Shown: positions 1-9,722 of the stretch, piece after piece | Layout: every line of letters begins with the position of its first letter | How positions within the stretch are numbered: position 1 is the stretch's first letter | From: Candidatus Nomurabacteria bacterium | Lineage (GTDB): Bacteria > Patescibacteriota > Minisyncoccia > Phycocordibacterales > UBA9973 | Reading direction: 5' to 3' | DNA: 46,259 nucleotides | NCBI GenBank assembly: GCA_903862255.1 | Contig: CAIOXK010000024.1 | Span: forward strand, 1-46,259 | The notes under the pieces: generated by a model | Told to the model about the DNA's origin: nothing | The model's database searches: none | Seen by the model: the letters and a program-made list of their open reading frames with translations, nothing else | Translations under genes and position numbers: made by a program

Positions 1-513
1 ACTAGACGCGATATTGTAGTCACCAAATGCAGTCGATGCTTCTCCAGAAGCAATATTATTTTCACCAAACGCAGCCGAAGCGAATCCAATATTGCTACTA
101 TCCCATTCAGTGTCATCTATACTCCCCGCTCGAAACGCGCTGGCACTTGGTATCCACATCATGCGTGTGCCAGCACCGAGGTCCGGGACAGCAATTCCTG
201 AGCCAGTCGTACCAGAGGCAATGATCGCACCGTCACCTTCGAGATCAAGTGCAGTAGCAGGAGTAGTGGTACCAATACCAACATTCCCTGTATCAAAGTA
301 TGTATTGTTGCCTGTTATAGTCCAAGGAGATACAGGCAAAGCTACATTACAATTTGCATCACCTGGTGCACAATCTGGATCGAGTGTTTCGCCGGGATTA
401 AATGGCTGCGTCGGAGGTGTCGCATAAGAAACAGTAATTGAAAATGCCACTAAAAATAAAATAGAAACACAGAAAGTGCTATGTTTTTTTAGAAACACCA
501 AAATACCTCGCAT
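1..513 (-). CDS. Secreted repeat protein, N-terminal part (signal peptide plus Hep_Hag/YadA-head-like or tail-fibre-like Gly/Ala/Ser repeats); 3' end runs off the window
   Basis: Absent from the ORF track because it has no stop in the window. Reading the reverse complement from ATG 513-511 gives 171 open codons down to base 1: MRGILVFLKKHSTFCVSILFLVAFSITVSYATPPTQPF..GNVGIGTTTPATALDLEGDG..FASAAFGENNIASGEASTAFGDYNIASS. It has a hydrophobic N-terminus followed by repeated AxGxxNxASG units. Confidence 0.75.
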   Translation of the reverse strand, partial: MRGILVFLKKHSTFCVSILFLVAFSITVSYATPPTQPFNPGETLDPDCAPGDANCNVALPVSPWTITGNNTYFDTGNVGIGTTTPATALDLEGDGAIIASGTTGSGIAVPDLGAGTRMMWIPSASAFRAGSIDDTEWDSSNIGFASAAFGENNIASGEASTAFGDYNIASS

Positions 514-521
514 GTACCAAA

Positions 522-530
522 ATTATAGCA
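522..530 (-). promoter_or_regulatory. Extended -10 promoter (TGcTATAAT), 8 nt upstream of ATG 513
   Basis: The minus strand reads caTGcTATAATtttggtacATG. Confidence 0.55.
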
Positions 531-569
531 TGGCTGATACAGTAAATCCCAAGTAATCCCCATCTATAA

Positions 570-2273
570 CTATAATTCTTGTTCTTCTTGAACAATGATA
601 GGGCGCTGTTTCCAAAAACGGGAACGTACGGTTTCTATAAAGAGCGTGATATCTTCATTCTGCAATGCGCGCAACACTATGCCATACATTGCACCACCTA
701 CAGCAGTGGCAATTACTGCCTGTAGCAATACTCCTAGAAAATGTTCTTGCAAAATATCTCCACCAGTTAGTACCAACGTGCCGTAAGCAGCTGTTGCGGC
801 AATAATACCAGCCGCAATCATATGGCTAAGACTACGAGAAAGTTCTGCATTTTCTGACTTCAATCCTGGCATGATCTTTTTAAATGATTGCCATAGTGCA
901 TACGCATTAATACTTTCACCAATTGAAAAACCTAGAGCCAAAATTACAACGCTTGATCCAGTAGTACCATCAATTCGCATCAGATCATTTAAGAAATCAG
1001 CAAAGAAATTGTTGTAGCGATACATTGCAAGCAATCCAGCTACTGAACCGAGTGTTACCAACGTTGACCAACTATTAATAATCAATGGCGTCTTCGTATT
1101 GCCAATTGCAAAAAATGCGCGGACTAGTAATAGCTCTAAACATTGTGCGACAATTGAAATTGCAAACAACGCTACTGAAGCTGCTACTAATCGAGTATCG
1201 TTCCATGAAAATACGCCGGCACCAAGCAGTAGTCTTACAATGTGGGCACGTAATACAATCATTAACATCGAAGCAGGTACGCAAAAAAAGAAAATACTTC
1301 GTGTAGTGCGATGCAATACTTCCATCAGCTCTTTTTTTTCTCCAGCAGCAAACATACGTGTCATAGCTGGAAATGCAGCAACTGCATATGATACACCAAT
1401 AATTAACAGCGGTGTGTTTTCAATATTGTATGAAAACTGAAAAATAGAAATTGATCCTGCCGCCAACAATGATGCCATTGCACCAATAATAATAAAAGTA
1501 ATGTTATTGAGCGATGAACTCAGTGTACGTGGCAATGACAATGTCATTACTCTTTTAATAGTTGCCCAATCAATATTGAATGAGAATCGTGGCAATTTAC
1601 CGAGCTTAATCAATGTTGGCACCTGTACTGCAAAATATAATACAGCTCCAATTGCAACACCAAATACGACTCCGAGAATACCGAACCAGGGACGCAGTAT
1701 TACTATGCCTATTAAAATGCCAGCGTTATAAAGTAGTGGAGCAATAGCGAATGCAAAAAACTTTTTTTGCACCTGAGCAAAAGAACTTAATAAACTTGAG
1801 AGTCCAAAAAGAAATGGTGATAGCAACATTATTCGTGAATATAGTACGAGATGTGTATGCTCCGCACCACCAAAGCCTGGAGCAACAAGCTTCGTCAGCC
1901 ATGGCATTGCAATAATTAACAACAATGACAACATAGTCATTCCAATCATATAGACACTAAAAATACTGTCGAGAAAACGTCTGAATGCACCACTATGACC
2001 ATCTTGCTTTTCTTGTTCTACATACTGGGCAATAAATGGAATCAGTACTGTAACAGAAAATAACACGCCAAAAGAGTTGTACACAAAATCTGGAATACGA
2101 AATGCTGTGTAGTACGTATCAAGGTTTGCAGAAGGTCCAACAAGTGACGCTAATAAGTGATCTCGCAATAGTCCACATACTTGTGAAAGGAAAGAAAAAA
2201 CAGCAAGAACCAGGGCGGCCTGGTTCATGGTGAAAAGATCACGGTTCAAGAATTTAACTATTTTTGAAACCAT
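570..2273 (-). CDS. murJ: Lipid II flippase MurJ (MviN family)
   Basis: 567 aa and polytopic. The N-terminus AALVLAVFSFLSQVCGLLRDHLLASLVGPSANLDTYYTAFRIPDFVYN is typical of MurJ. TAG stop. Confidence 0.85.
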   Translation of the reverse strand: MVSKIVKFLNRDLFTMNQAALVLAVFSFLSQVCGLLRDHLLASLVGPSANLDTYYTAFRIPDFVYNSFGVLFSVTVLIPFIAQYVEQEKQDGHSGAFRRFLDSIFSVYMIGMTMLSLLLIIAMPWLTKLVAPGFGGAEHTHLVLYSRIMLLSPFLFGLSSLLSSFAQVQKKFFAFAIAPLLYNAGILIGIVILRPWFGILGVVFGVAIGAVLYFAVQVPTLIKLGKLPRFSFNIDWATIKRVMTLSLPRTLSSSLNNITFIIIGAMASLLAAGSISIFQFSYNIENTPLLIIGVSYAVAAFPAMTRMFAAGEKKELMEVLHRTTRSIFFFCVPASMLMIVLRAHIVRLLLGAGVFSWNDTRLVAASVALFAISIVAQCLELLLVRAFFAIGNTKTPLIINSWSTLVTLGSVAGLLAMYRYNNFFADFLNDLMRIDGTTGSSVVILALGFSIGESINAYALWQSFKKIMPGLKSENAELSRSLSHMIAAGIIAATAAYGTLVLTGGDILQEHFLGVLLQAVIATAVGGAMYGIVLRALQNEDITLFIETVRSRFWKQRPIIVQEEQEL

Positions 2274-2282
2274 AGAACGTTA

Positions 2283-4640
2283 TTATTTTTTCTTTGCTGG
2301 AGCTTTTGCAGTCGTAGCAGGAACTGTAGCTGTCTCAATAGATGCAGCAGGACTACTTTGGATTCGTTGAATTTGCTCATCAACACCAGTTACTCGTGGG
2401 AATTTTGTTTTGAAGTCCTGCAATGCTGTAACCGCTGTATCTTTTTGACCACCTGCAATCAATGCGCTAATGTACTGCAAATAATTGTTTGGATTGGAGG
2501 GAGCAAGATCACGAGCTCGTGCATAAGCAGCGATAGCATTAGTATAATCTTTCTGTTGCAAATATACCTGTCCGAGTAACAGATACCCTTGATCATCATA
2601 TGGTGCGGCTTGTACATACGCTGTCAGATCATTTACTACAGCAGTAGTACTACCTCCAGATTGCTCAATTTGTGCCTTAAGTACATACGCGTCAAGATAG
2701 TCTGATTTCAACGCAATTGCCTGTGCAATATAATTAAATGCTGTACCAGTATCCTGTTTTGTAAGAGCTAACTGTGCTTGATTGAGTACAAATACAGGAT
2801 TATTAGGATTGCGCTTCTGTGCTTCATCTGCAGCAGATTTTGCATTGCTAAATGCTTGTGTATTCTGACTACTTGAAACTAGTTGATATACCTGACTTAA
2901 TGTTAACCAGTTATTTGCACTGTTTGGATCCCATGCTACTGCGCCCTGAGCACTTTGTTCTGCTTGAGAGAACACTGTTTGCAACTGACTTTTATCAGGA
3001 TTTTGCTGTCCAGCCAAACTAGTAAACTGATTAGTAAACAAAGCTGTGCCGGTGCGCCAATAAATATCATTCGGAGAAAGTGCAATTGCTCGCTCAAGTC
3101 GTGACTGAGCAGTATAACGATCAGTTGCGGCAATAGCGCGGTTGTAATAAATAATACTTGCAAAACGATTACCACTGAAATATACCGCTGAGAATCCTGC
3201 CATTGCAGCAACAACAATTGCCAAAATAGCGAAGAAGCTGGTACGAGGATCATCAAGGTAATGCAATGAAACTAATTTAGTTCTGCCGATCAAGGTCGAA
3301 ACACCCAATAATAGCCCAAGGTACATGAAGCCAAAAGTAATTAATACTAACCCTGGTGATGCAAATACAATCAAACAAATGAAGGCAACAAGCATAATTA
3401 CTGATGTCACTGCAATAAAGCGACTGAATCGGTCTGGGAATTGATAGTTAAAGAGTTTAAAGCCGTGAATTGCTGCAAAAATAAGCGCTACGACTAAGAA
3501 CAATACTGGCAAAATACCATTTGTAGTAAATATTGACTGAAGGAAGCTGTATCCTGTATCAAATGATGTATTCCAAAACACTGTGTTATTGATAGCTAGA
3601 GGATGATATAGATTCCACATGTCTGCATAACGTCCTGCACCTGCACCAAAAATTGGATCATGAGCAAGTGTTGCACGCATTACATGAGTAGTCGTTGTAA
3701 ATGATGGACGAATATCAGTAAAAGAAATTCCTGCGTAATGAGCTAGACTTGCACCAATTGAACCACTGCTCAAGAAGAAAAATAACCCGACCAATAACGC
3801 CACGAAAGACATGATTGGAAAACGTTGACTGTTTTGCTGTTCTTCTTCCTTTTCAGCTGGGACGCCGTCAGTATTTTTTACGAAGAAATTAGAGATTGAA
3901 CGTTCTACTGATGATTTGTATACGAACACTAGCAATGCAGAAACAATTGTAATAATCCAAGCAGCACTAAAATTCAAGAATACTAACACTATCAACGACA
4001 ATACCATTGCAACAAGTGAAAGAATACGGAAGAATCCCTTTGGCATTAATACTTCATACATTAACAATGCAAGAAGGAATGTGAAAATAACAAAGTATGC
4101 AAAATCAACCCATGAACCAACTAATGTACCCTGTGTTGAAACATGTGCAAGATATGTTGATACAAAATGCGTACGCTGTGTGATATACAAAATAACCTGT
4201 AAAAATACAGTCACTACTGATCCTGCAAATGCCGCAAGGAAAAGCTGTACGAGACGGCGTTGATCTCGAGCAAATGATGCAATCAAAAATGTAAACAGAC
4301 CAACAACTAATACTGTTGCAAATGAATCAACTGCAAACCCTCTACCCCAAAGTGAGATACTTGTATTCAAAGAAGTTAGCGCGCCGATAAATGCGAACAC
4401 TACCCATAATGCAATGAACAAAAATGTCCAATGCTTTGGGAATTTAAATGACCCCTCCAAAAACTGTGCGATTAACCAGAGAGAAAATGCTAGAAATACG
4501 CCAACATACAATACCACTGCCTTAGTTGCACCTAAACCACTTATTGTTGCCGGTAGGAAGAAAAATGGTAACAGAACGCAAAGACCAGTAATAATACTAA
4601 ATGATATTGTGTTGAATTTTCTAATGGTGTTTTGATACAT
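2283..4640 (-). CDS. O-antigen ligase (Wzy_C)-like polytopic membrane protein fused to C-terminal TPR repeats
   Basis: 785 aa. About 12 TM segments, with DPIFGAGAGRYADMW in a loop. The C-terminal ~300 aa are Ala/Tyr/Leu-rich TPR-like repeats (AIALSPNDIYW, AIALKSDYLDAYVLKA, DYTNAIAAYARARDLAPSNPNNY). Confidence 0.65.
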   Translation of the reverse strand: MYQNTIRKFNTISFSIITGLCVLLPFFFLPATISGLGATKAVVLYVGVFLAFSLWLIAQFLEGSFKFPKHWTFLFIALWVVFAFIGALTSLNTSISLWGRGFAVDSFATVLVVGLFTFLIASFARDQRRLVQLFLAAFAGSVVTVFLQVILYITQRTHFVSTYLAHVSTQGTLVGSWVDFAYFVIFTFLLALLMYEVLMPKGFFRILSLVAMVLSLIVLVFLNFSAAWIITIVSALLVFVYKSSVERSISNFFVKNTDGVPAEKEEEQQNSQRFPIMSFVALLVGLFFFLSSGSIGASLAHYAGISFTDIRPSFTTTTHVMRATLAHDPIFGAGAGRYADMWNLYHPLAINNTVFWNTSFDTGYSFLQSIFTTNGILPVLFLVVALIFAAIHGFKLFNYQFPDRFSRFIAVTSVIMLVAFICLIVFASPGLVLITFGFMYLGLLLGVSTLIGRTKLVSLHYLDDPRTSFFAILAIVVAAMAGFSAVYFSGNRFASIIYYNRAIAATDRYTAQSRLERAIALSPNDIYWRTGTALFTNQFTSLAGQQNPDKSQLQTVFSQAEQSAQGAVAWDPNSANNWLTLSQVYQLVSSSQNTQAFSNAKSAADEAQKRNPNNPVFVLNQAQLALTKQDTGTAFNYIAQAIALKSDYLDAYVLKAQIEQSGGSTTAVVNDLTAYVQAAPYDDQGYLLLGQVYLQQKDYTNAIAAYARARDLAPSNPNNYLQYISALIAGGQKDTAVTALQDFKTKFPRVTGVDEQIQRIQSSPAASIETATVPATTAKAPAKKK

Positions 4641-4680
4641 ATGTGTCTCTATAATACATTATTTTTTACTGCTAAAAAAG

Positions 4681-7149
4681 CTACTCTGCTACTACGATGT
4701 TAATAACCCTCCCAGGAACAACAATTATTTTTTTTACTGTCACGCCTTGGAGAAATTCCTTGATGCGAGGCAGAGAAAGCGCGGCAACTTCTATGTCCTC
4801 TTTTGAAGCATCTTTACTGAGAGTAATTTCTGCGCGAACTTTACCGTTTACTTGTACACCAATAGTTATTTCATCTTCTATTAAGAATTTCGGATTATAC
4901 TTTGGCCAGCCAGCGAGATGAATACTTTCAGCACCCTTCCATAACTCTTCAGCAATATGCGGAGCAAACGGTGCAAGTAATTGCAGGAATATTTGAAAAT
5001 CTTTTTCACCTACTCCATTTTTTTCAAATTCATTGAGACAAATCATTAGTGATGACACTGCCGTATTAAATGAAAATGATTGAATATCTTCTGTTACTTT
5101 TTTAATGGTCTTATGAAGAATTTTTGAAATAGTTTTTGTATCTGTGAGCTTGTCATTTAACCTCCATACTCGCTCAATAAAACGACGTGAGCCAATAATA
5201 CCTTCTGTACTCCATGGTAGATGTGACTCGAATGGGCCAAGAAACATTTCAAATACGCGTAACGAGTCAGCACCGTAAAGCTTCACGACGTCATCAGGAT
5301 TAATAACATTTCCCCACCGTTTCGACATCTTACGTCCGTCTGATCCACCAATCAGTCCTTGATTGCGCAATGCTTTGAACGGCTCTTTTGTTGGAACATA
5401 TCCCATATCATAAAGAAATTTGTGCCAGAAACGGCTATACAAAAGGTGACCAGTGGCATGCTCTGCCCCTCCGACATACATATCTACATCTTTCCAATAA
5501 TCAATTGCCTTTTCACCGGCAAAAGCTTTAGCGTTTGTAGGGTCCATATAGCGAAGGAAATACCATGAAGAACCAGCCCAACCCGGCATTGTATTAGTTT
5601 CATACCCTTCCTTCACCCAATCCTTCACACGAGACAATGGACTCTCACCATTACCTGATGGTTCGTATGATTTTACATTTGGTAATTGCAATGGTAATTG
5701 CTTTTCTTTCAATGGCACAATTAATCCATTTACTGCATGTCGCAATGGAATAGGCTCACCCCAATAGCGCTGACGTGCAAAAATAGCATCACGCATTTTG
5801 TATTTCGTAACAATACTTCCGCCTACTTTTTTTGTAATTTCGATTTTATCTACAAGTGGACGATCGATGATATTGAGTTTGTATTTTGTAGCGAAATTAA
5901 AATCGCGCTCGTCGTGCTGAGGCACGCCCATAACTGCACCAGTGCCGTAGTTTGCTAATACATAGTCAGCAATCCAGACAGGAACTTCTTCACCATTAGC
6001 AGGATTAACTGCAACAAGACCTTTTAACTGAACCCCGGTCTTTTCTTTGTCTGCACTAGTACGTTCATTTTCTTCTTTTTGGGCAACACTTTTGATATAT
6101 ATATCAACTTCTGACCAGTTTGAAATAACATTCTGCCATTCAGGTAAGAATGGATATTCGGGGGCAAGGACGATATATGTCACACCAAACAATGTATCGG
6201 CACGTGTAGTAAAAACAGTAACTTCAGCAAGTGAACCAGATGCTGTTTGTAAATTAAATGTTAATTCACTACCTTCACTTTTGCCTATCCAATTTTTCTG
6301 AATTTCCTTAATATTATTTGGCCAATCAAGGGGCTGTAGATCTTGCAATAAACGATCGGCATATGCAGTAATACGCATAAACCATTGGCGCATAGTTTTT
6401 TTGATTACAGGGAAGCCTCCACGTTCAGAAACAGGACCAGTCGGACCATCAACAATTTCATCGTTAGCCAAAACCGTACCAAGTTCTTCACACCAGTTTA
6501 CTTCAGCAAAACCTTCATACGCTAAACGGTACTGCATCAAAATATTCTGCTTTTCGATACTAGAAAATGCCTGCCATTCTTTGGCGGTAAATGTAGGAGT
6601 ATTACTATCAGTCACAGCTGCTACGGATTTTGTGCCACTTTTTTCAAAAAGTACTACAAGCTCTTCGATTGCACGAGCCTTGTTTTTCTTACTGTCATAC
6701 CAAGCATCATAGAGTTTCAAAAAAATCCATTGTGTCCATTTGTAATATTCAGGACGATGAGTAGATACTTCTCGTGACCAGTCATATGAAAATCCAATCA
6801 CTTCTAATTGTTTTTTGTATTGAGCAACCAATTTGTCAGTAAATGGCCCGGGGTGTTTCTTAGTTTGAATAGCATACTGTTCCGCTGGTAAGCCGAATGA
6901 GTCGAAACCCATTGGATGGAGCACATTAAAACCTTTCATACGATTCATGCGAGCATACACGTCACTTCCAATATATCCACGAGGATGACCTACATGCAGG
7001 CCAGCACCAGAAGGATATGGAAACATGTCTAAGATATACATTTTTTTCTTTTTATTAGGCTTATCGGTTTTGTATGTTCCTTGAGTTTCCCAATTTTTCT
7101 GCCACTTTTTCTCAATCTTGAGATGATTATACTGTGAGGATGCCTTCAT
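4681..7149 (-). CDS. leuS: Leucyl-tRNA synthetase
   Basis: HVGH (HIGH) and KMSKR motifs, and LeuRS-type sequence throughout. I place the start at ATG 7149 (MKASSQYNHLKIEKKWQ). The track's longer start at 7182 lies inside the upstream terminator stem. Confidence 0.95.
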   Translation of the reverse strand: MKASSQYNHLKIEKKWQKNWETQGTYKTDKPNKKKKMYILDMFPYPSGAGLHVGHPRGYIGSDVYARMNRMKGFNVLHPMGFDSFGLPAEQYAIQTKKHPGPFTDKLVAQYKKQLEVIGFSYDWSREVSTHRPEYYKWTQWIFLKLYDAWYDSKKNKARAIEELVVLFEKSGTKSVAAVTDSNTPTFTAKEWQAFSSIEKQNILMQYRLAYEGFAEVNWCEELGTVLANDEIVDGPTGPVSERGGFPVIKKTMRQWFMRITAYADRLLQDLQPLDWPNNIKEIQKNWIGKSEGSELTFNLQTASGSLAEVTVFTTRADTLFGVTYIVLAPEYPFLPEWQNVISNWSEVDIYIKSVAQKEENERTSADKEKTGVQLKGLVAVNPANGEEVPVWIADYVLANYGTGAVMGVPQHDERDFNFATKYKLNIIDRPLVDKIEITKKVGGSIVTKYKMRDAIFARQRYWGEPIPLRHAVNGLIVPLKEKQLPLQLPNVKSYEPSGNGESPLSRVKDWVKEGYETNTMPGWAGSSWYFLRYMDPTNAKAFAGEKAIDYWKDVDMYVGGAEHATGHLLYSRFWHKFLYDMGYVPTKEPFKALRNQGLIGGSDGRKMSKRWGNVINPDDVVKLYGADSLRVFEMFLGPFESHLPWSTEGIIGSRRFIERVWRLNDKLTDTKTISKILHKTIKKVTEDIQSFSFNTAVSSLMICLNEFEKNGVGEKDFQIFLQLLAPFAPHIAEELWKGAESIHLAGWPKYNPKFLIEDEITIGVQVNGKVRAEITLSKDASKEDIEVAALSLPRIKEFLQGVTVKKIIVVPGRVINIVVAE

Positions 7150-7164
7150 ATATAGACATTTTTC

Positions 7165-7200
7165 CACAAAAAAGCCTTTCAAGCAAATGAAAGGCTTTTT
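7165..7200 (-). terminator. Intrinsic terminator of the 7216-7719 gene
   Basis: The minus strand reads AAAAAGCCTTTCAtttgctTGAAAGGCTTTTTTGTGG: an 11-bp stem followed by a T-run. Confidence 0.75.
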
Positions 7201-7215
7201 GACACAAACTGAGAA

Positions 7216-7719
7216 TTAAGCAAATTTTTTGATTGCCACCCAAATAAGCGTACCGAGTGCAATTGCTAGAATGAAAACTTTTATCAAACTATTAGCATCA
7301 GACCAGTATCGTACTGATGCAATAAATAGAGACAGTACCCCGCCCCATGAAAATGCTACTGAAAGCACAATGTTTACAAGCAATGATCCAGCAACAATAC
7401 TGAGTACACCAAGAACTACTAATGCAATAAATACGGTACGGTCATATTGCTTTTGTGCTGCTTGATATTCTTGCTGCTTGGTGAAAGTAGGGTCACAATA
7501 TCCTTCATCATATGCTGACCATTGGCCGCCGACTGCAATACAATCTTGTTCGTTTTTTATATTAGGAACAATCTGACTCTGTGGAATGTAGTTGTTGTAT
7601 TCAGGTGATTTGTATACAAGTGAAATTGCATAATTAAAAAATAAATTCATTACAATAACGATCCCAATAGTTAGAGACCATTTCATAAGACGCGAATGAT
7701 GTGTGGTATTGCGTTCCAT
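7216..7719 (-). CDS. Hypothetical membrane protein (N-terminal TM, Cys-containing exposed domain, C-terminal TM bundle)
   Basis: 167-aa ORF starting 15 nt after ddl. Hydrophobic segments at WSLTIGIVIVMNLFF and in the C-terminal 70 aa. It has its own terminator. Confidence 0.6.
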   Translation of the reverse strand: MERNTTHHSRLMKWSLTIGIVIVMNLFFNYAISLVYKSPEYNNYIPQSQIVPNIKNEQDCIAVGGQWSAYDEGYCDPTFTKQQEYQAAQKQYDRTVFIALVVLGVLSIVAGSLLVNIVLSVAFSWGGVLSLFIASVRYWSDANSLIKVFILAIALGTLIWVAIKKFA

Positions 7720-7734
7720 AAGAGTAATTATACA

Positions 7735-8691
7735 TTATTCTGCCTTAACAACAGACTTCACAAACTCTTGCATACTTGCACCTACAGCATCTAGTGCAAC
7801 AAGAAATGGAGAGTTGTTTGTCAGATGAGGATGAGTATCGAGTTCGATGAACCAAGGCTTGCCCTTACCATCAACAATGAACTCACTCTGGGAGTAGTCC
7901 TTTGCACCAAAACGAACATGGAGTTGTTTCGCCAATCGCGCTAACACATCACGCTCACCAATAGTAAATCCCCCATTTAACCGAGCATACTCTTTGTCGC
8001 TCTGGCGGACCTCATGTGTCAAAACACCGCGCAAGGGTGACGCAACTTCAACAACAGGTAAGGTGTAATATTCTTGACCGCGAAAACCATCAATCACGCC
8101 GACAGCAGCTTCTCTGCCTTGGATGTATTGCTCTGCAATAAATGGCTGACCGTTAATAATACTTTCATCGACAAATTGAGAGAGTTCAAGCGGGGTAAAT
8201 GCAAAAAATGTTTGTACTGACCCGCCACCAACTAACGGCTTCAATACCCATGGTGGCGCCATTGTTTTATATATTTTTTGCGTAACTTCTGAAACTGATT
8301 CTCCACCTTCTGGAATTATTAATATTGAAGCCGGAGTAGCGATACCAAGACTTTTTGCTTCTTCTTTTGCATCCTGCTTATTAAATGCTAATTTTGCCGC
8401 TTGTGATAATGACCCAGTAAATGGAATATTAAAATGTTCAAATGCTTCTTGAAGTGCACCATCTTCGCCAAACGAACCGTGGAGGGCATTCCATACAGTA
8501 TCAACTTGGTCTTTCACATCCTGAAATTCAGTTGGAATACCTCTGATATGTAAGATACCATCTTTGTCGAGAAGCATGTCAACAGCTTCAAGACCTGCAT
8601 CATGTAATGCTTTTTGTACATTGGCACCTGTTTTTAATGACAGCGCATATTCAGGACTAACACCTCCACGAAGGATTCCAACTTTTTGCAT
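7735..8691 (-). CDS. ddl: D-alanine--D-alanine ligase
   Basis: 318 aa. MQKVGILRGGVSPEYALSLKTGANV.. followed by an ATP-grasp region (KPLVGGGSV, AEQYIQGRE, FIELDTHP). Confidence 0.9.
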   Translation of the reverse strand: MQKVGILRGGVSPEYALSLKTGANVQKALHDAGLEAVDMLLDKDGILHIRGIPTEFQDVKDQVDTVWNALHGSFGEDGALQEAFEHFNIPFTGSLSQAAKLAFNKQDAKEEAKSLGIATPASILIIPEGGESVSEVTQKIYKTMAPPWVLKPLVGGGSVQTFFAFTPLELSQFVDESIINGQPFIAEQYIQGREAAVGVIDGFRGQEYYTLPVVEVASPLRGVLTHEVRQSDKEYARLNGGFTIGERDVLARLAKQLHVRFGAKDYSQSEFIVDGKGKPWFIELDTHPHLTNNSPFLVALDAVGASMQEFVKSVVKAE

Positions 8692-8697
8692 GGGAAT

Positions 8698-8706
8698 AGT
8701 ATAGCA
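8698..8706 (-). promoter_or_regulatory. Extended -10 promoter (TGcTATACT), 6 nt upstream of the ddl ATG
   Basis: The minus strand reads ggttTGcTATACTattcccATG. Confidence 0.55.
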
Positions 8707-8749
8707 AACCTTGCATTACAATTGCTATAAATAAAAAAGAATCATGCTG

Positions 8750-9691
8750 CTATACATGATTCTTGCCTTTCCATTTTTTAATTATCTCTGCCATACTTGC
8801 TGTTTTATATCGCCCCTTGATCAACCGTGCCCCGGCCCAAGCCATAGCGGTTAATTGTCGTGGCTGATATCCAGAAGATGCTGCAATAGATTCAAAATAA
8901 TATTCAATCAAATCGTATTCACATTTCCTACATTTCAAATAATACTTGCCAGTCTTTTTCCAGAGATACAATTTACCTAATTCACAAGCCTGCAATATCC
9001 ACGAATCAACTGTGACTGCTTGTATATCTCCTGATAACGCTTTGCCATGATTAATTACCTTGCGGCGACTCATCTTATCTTCAAAATATCCGCCCTCAAG
9101 CTCAATCAGCATGTTTTTGATATTAATAAAATAATCCAGTTCTTGAACTGAACGATTTGTATCGCAAAAACATTCATAGGCCTCAATTGCCATTATCAGA
9201 TTTGAGCCCGGATGGTTTTGCGGACTTGTGATTGCAAATATCTGAATAAACAACTCTATGTCGTATTGCGAAAACTCAGCAACAAATGCTGCATGTGTTT
9301 CTGCGTACCAATCTTTTTGACCAAGACCTCTGACAATACACTGCAATAACAAAATAGTATTGATGGGATATTTTTTATCTAGTTGTCGCAACTGATTATT
9401 TAGAGCAGGAAAATAATAGCGATAAATATCTTTGCCGCTAAAATGTTGCCAGCCAGTATAGATCATCCCGATAACAGTTTCTACAGTTATATTTTTATGC
9501 GAAATTTGCTGTGCCCAAAACCACAATTTTTCCCAGACAAATGTACTTCTATTCCGCAAAAATGAATCCTCGACAGATCGAAAAGCATATGGCGTATATA
9601 TTTGATTATTAAGCGAATACAATAAGTAGAATGGAACGTTGTTTTTTAATGACTTACCAGATAGCACTGGCTTCAGTTTTCTTATATCCAT
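8750..9691 (-). CDS. Hypothetical protein (orphan, soluble, 313 aa)
   Basis: Long clean ORF with a TAG stop and its own promoter. I recognise no family motif. Confidence 0.7.
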   Translation of the reverse strand: MDIRKLKPVLSGKSLKNNVPFYLLYSLNNQIYTPYAFRSVEDSFLRNRSTFVWEKLWFWAQQISHKNITVETVIGMIYTGWQHFSGKDIYRYYFPALNNQLRQLDKKYPINTILLLQCIVRGLGQKDWYAETHAAFVAEFSQYDIELFIQIFAITSPQNHPGSNLIMAIEAYECFCDTNRSVQELDYFINIKNMLIELEGGYFEDKMSRRKVINHGKALSGDIQAVTVDSWILQACELGKLYLWKKTGKYYLKCRKCEYDLIEYYFESIAASSGYQPRQLTAMAWAGARLIKGRYKTASMAEIIKKWKGKNHV

Positions 9692-9708
9692 TGTGCATAG
9701 TTTTGCTG

Positions 9709-9719
9709 ACTATATCACA
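9709..9719 (-). promoter_or_regulatory. Extended -10 promoter TGTGATATAGT for the 313-aa gene
   Basis: The minus strand reads acTTGTGATATAGTcagcaaaactatgcacaATG. The 11-mer is identical to the one upstream of uvrC. Confidence 0.5.
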
Positions 9720-9722
9720 AGT

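Noticed and set aside
1075-1731. Several 69-113-aa ORFs (1075-1284 minus, 1085-1306, 1099-1440 and 1501-1731 plus) inside the murJ region
   Set aside because: They lie entirely within, or antisense to, a well-supported murJ frame. Composition is low-complexity and they have no promoter or terminator of their own. These are shadow ORFs typical of AT-rich DNA. The same reasoning applies to the other short antisense ORFs inside leuS, uvrA, uvrB, tgt, mreB, dnaG, rpoC and rpoB.
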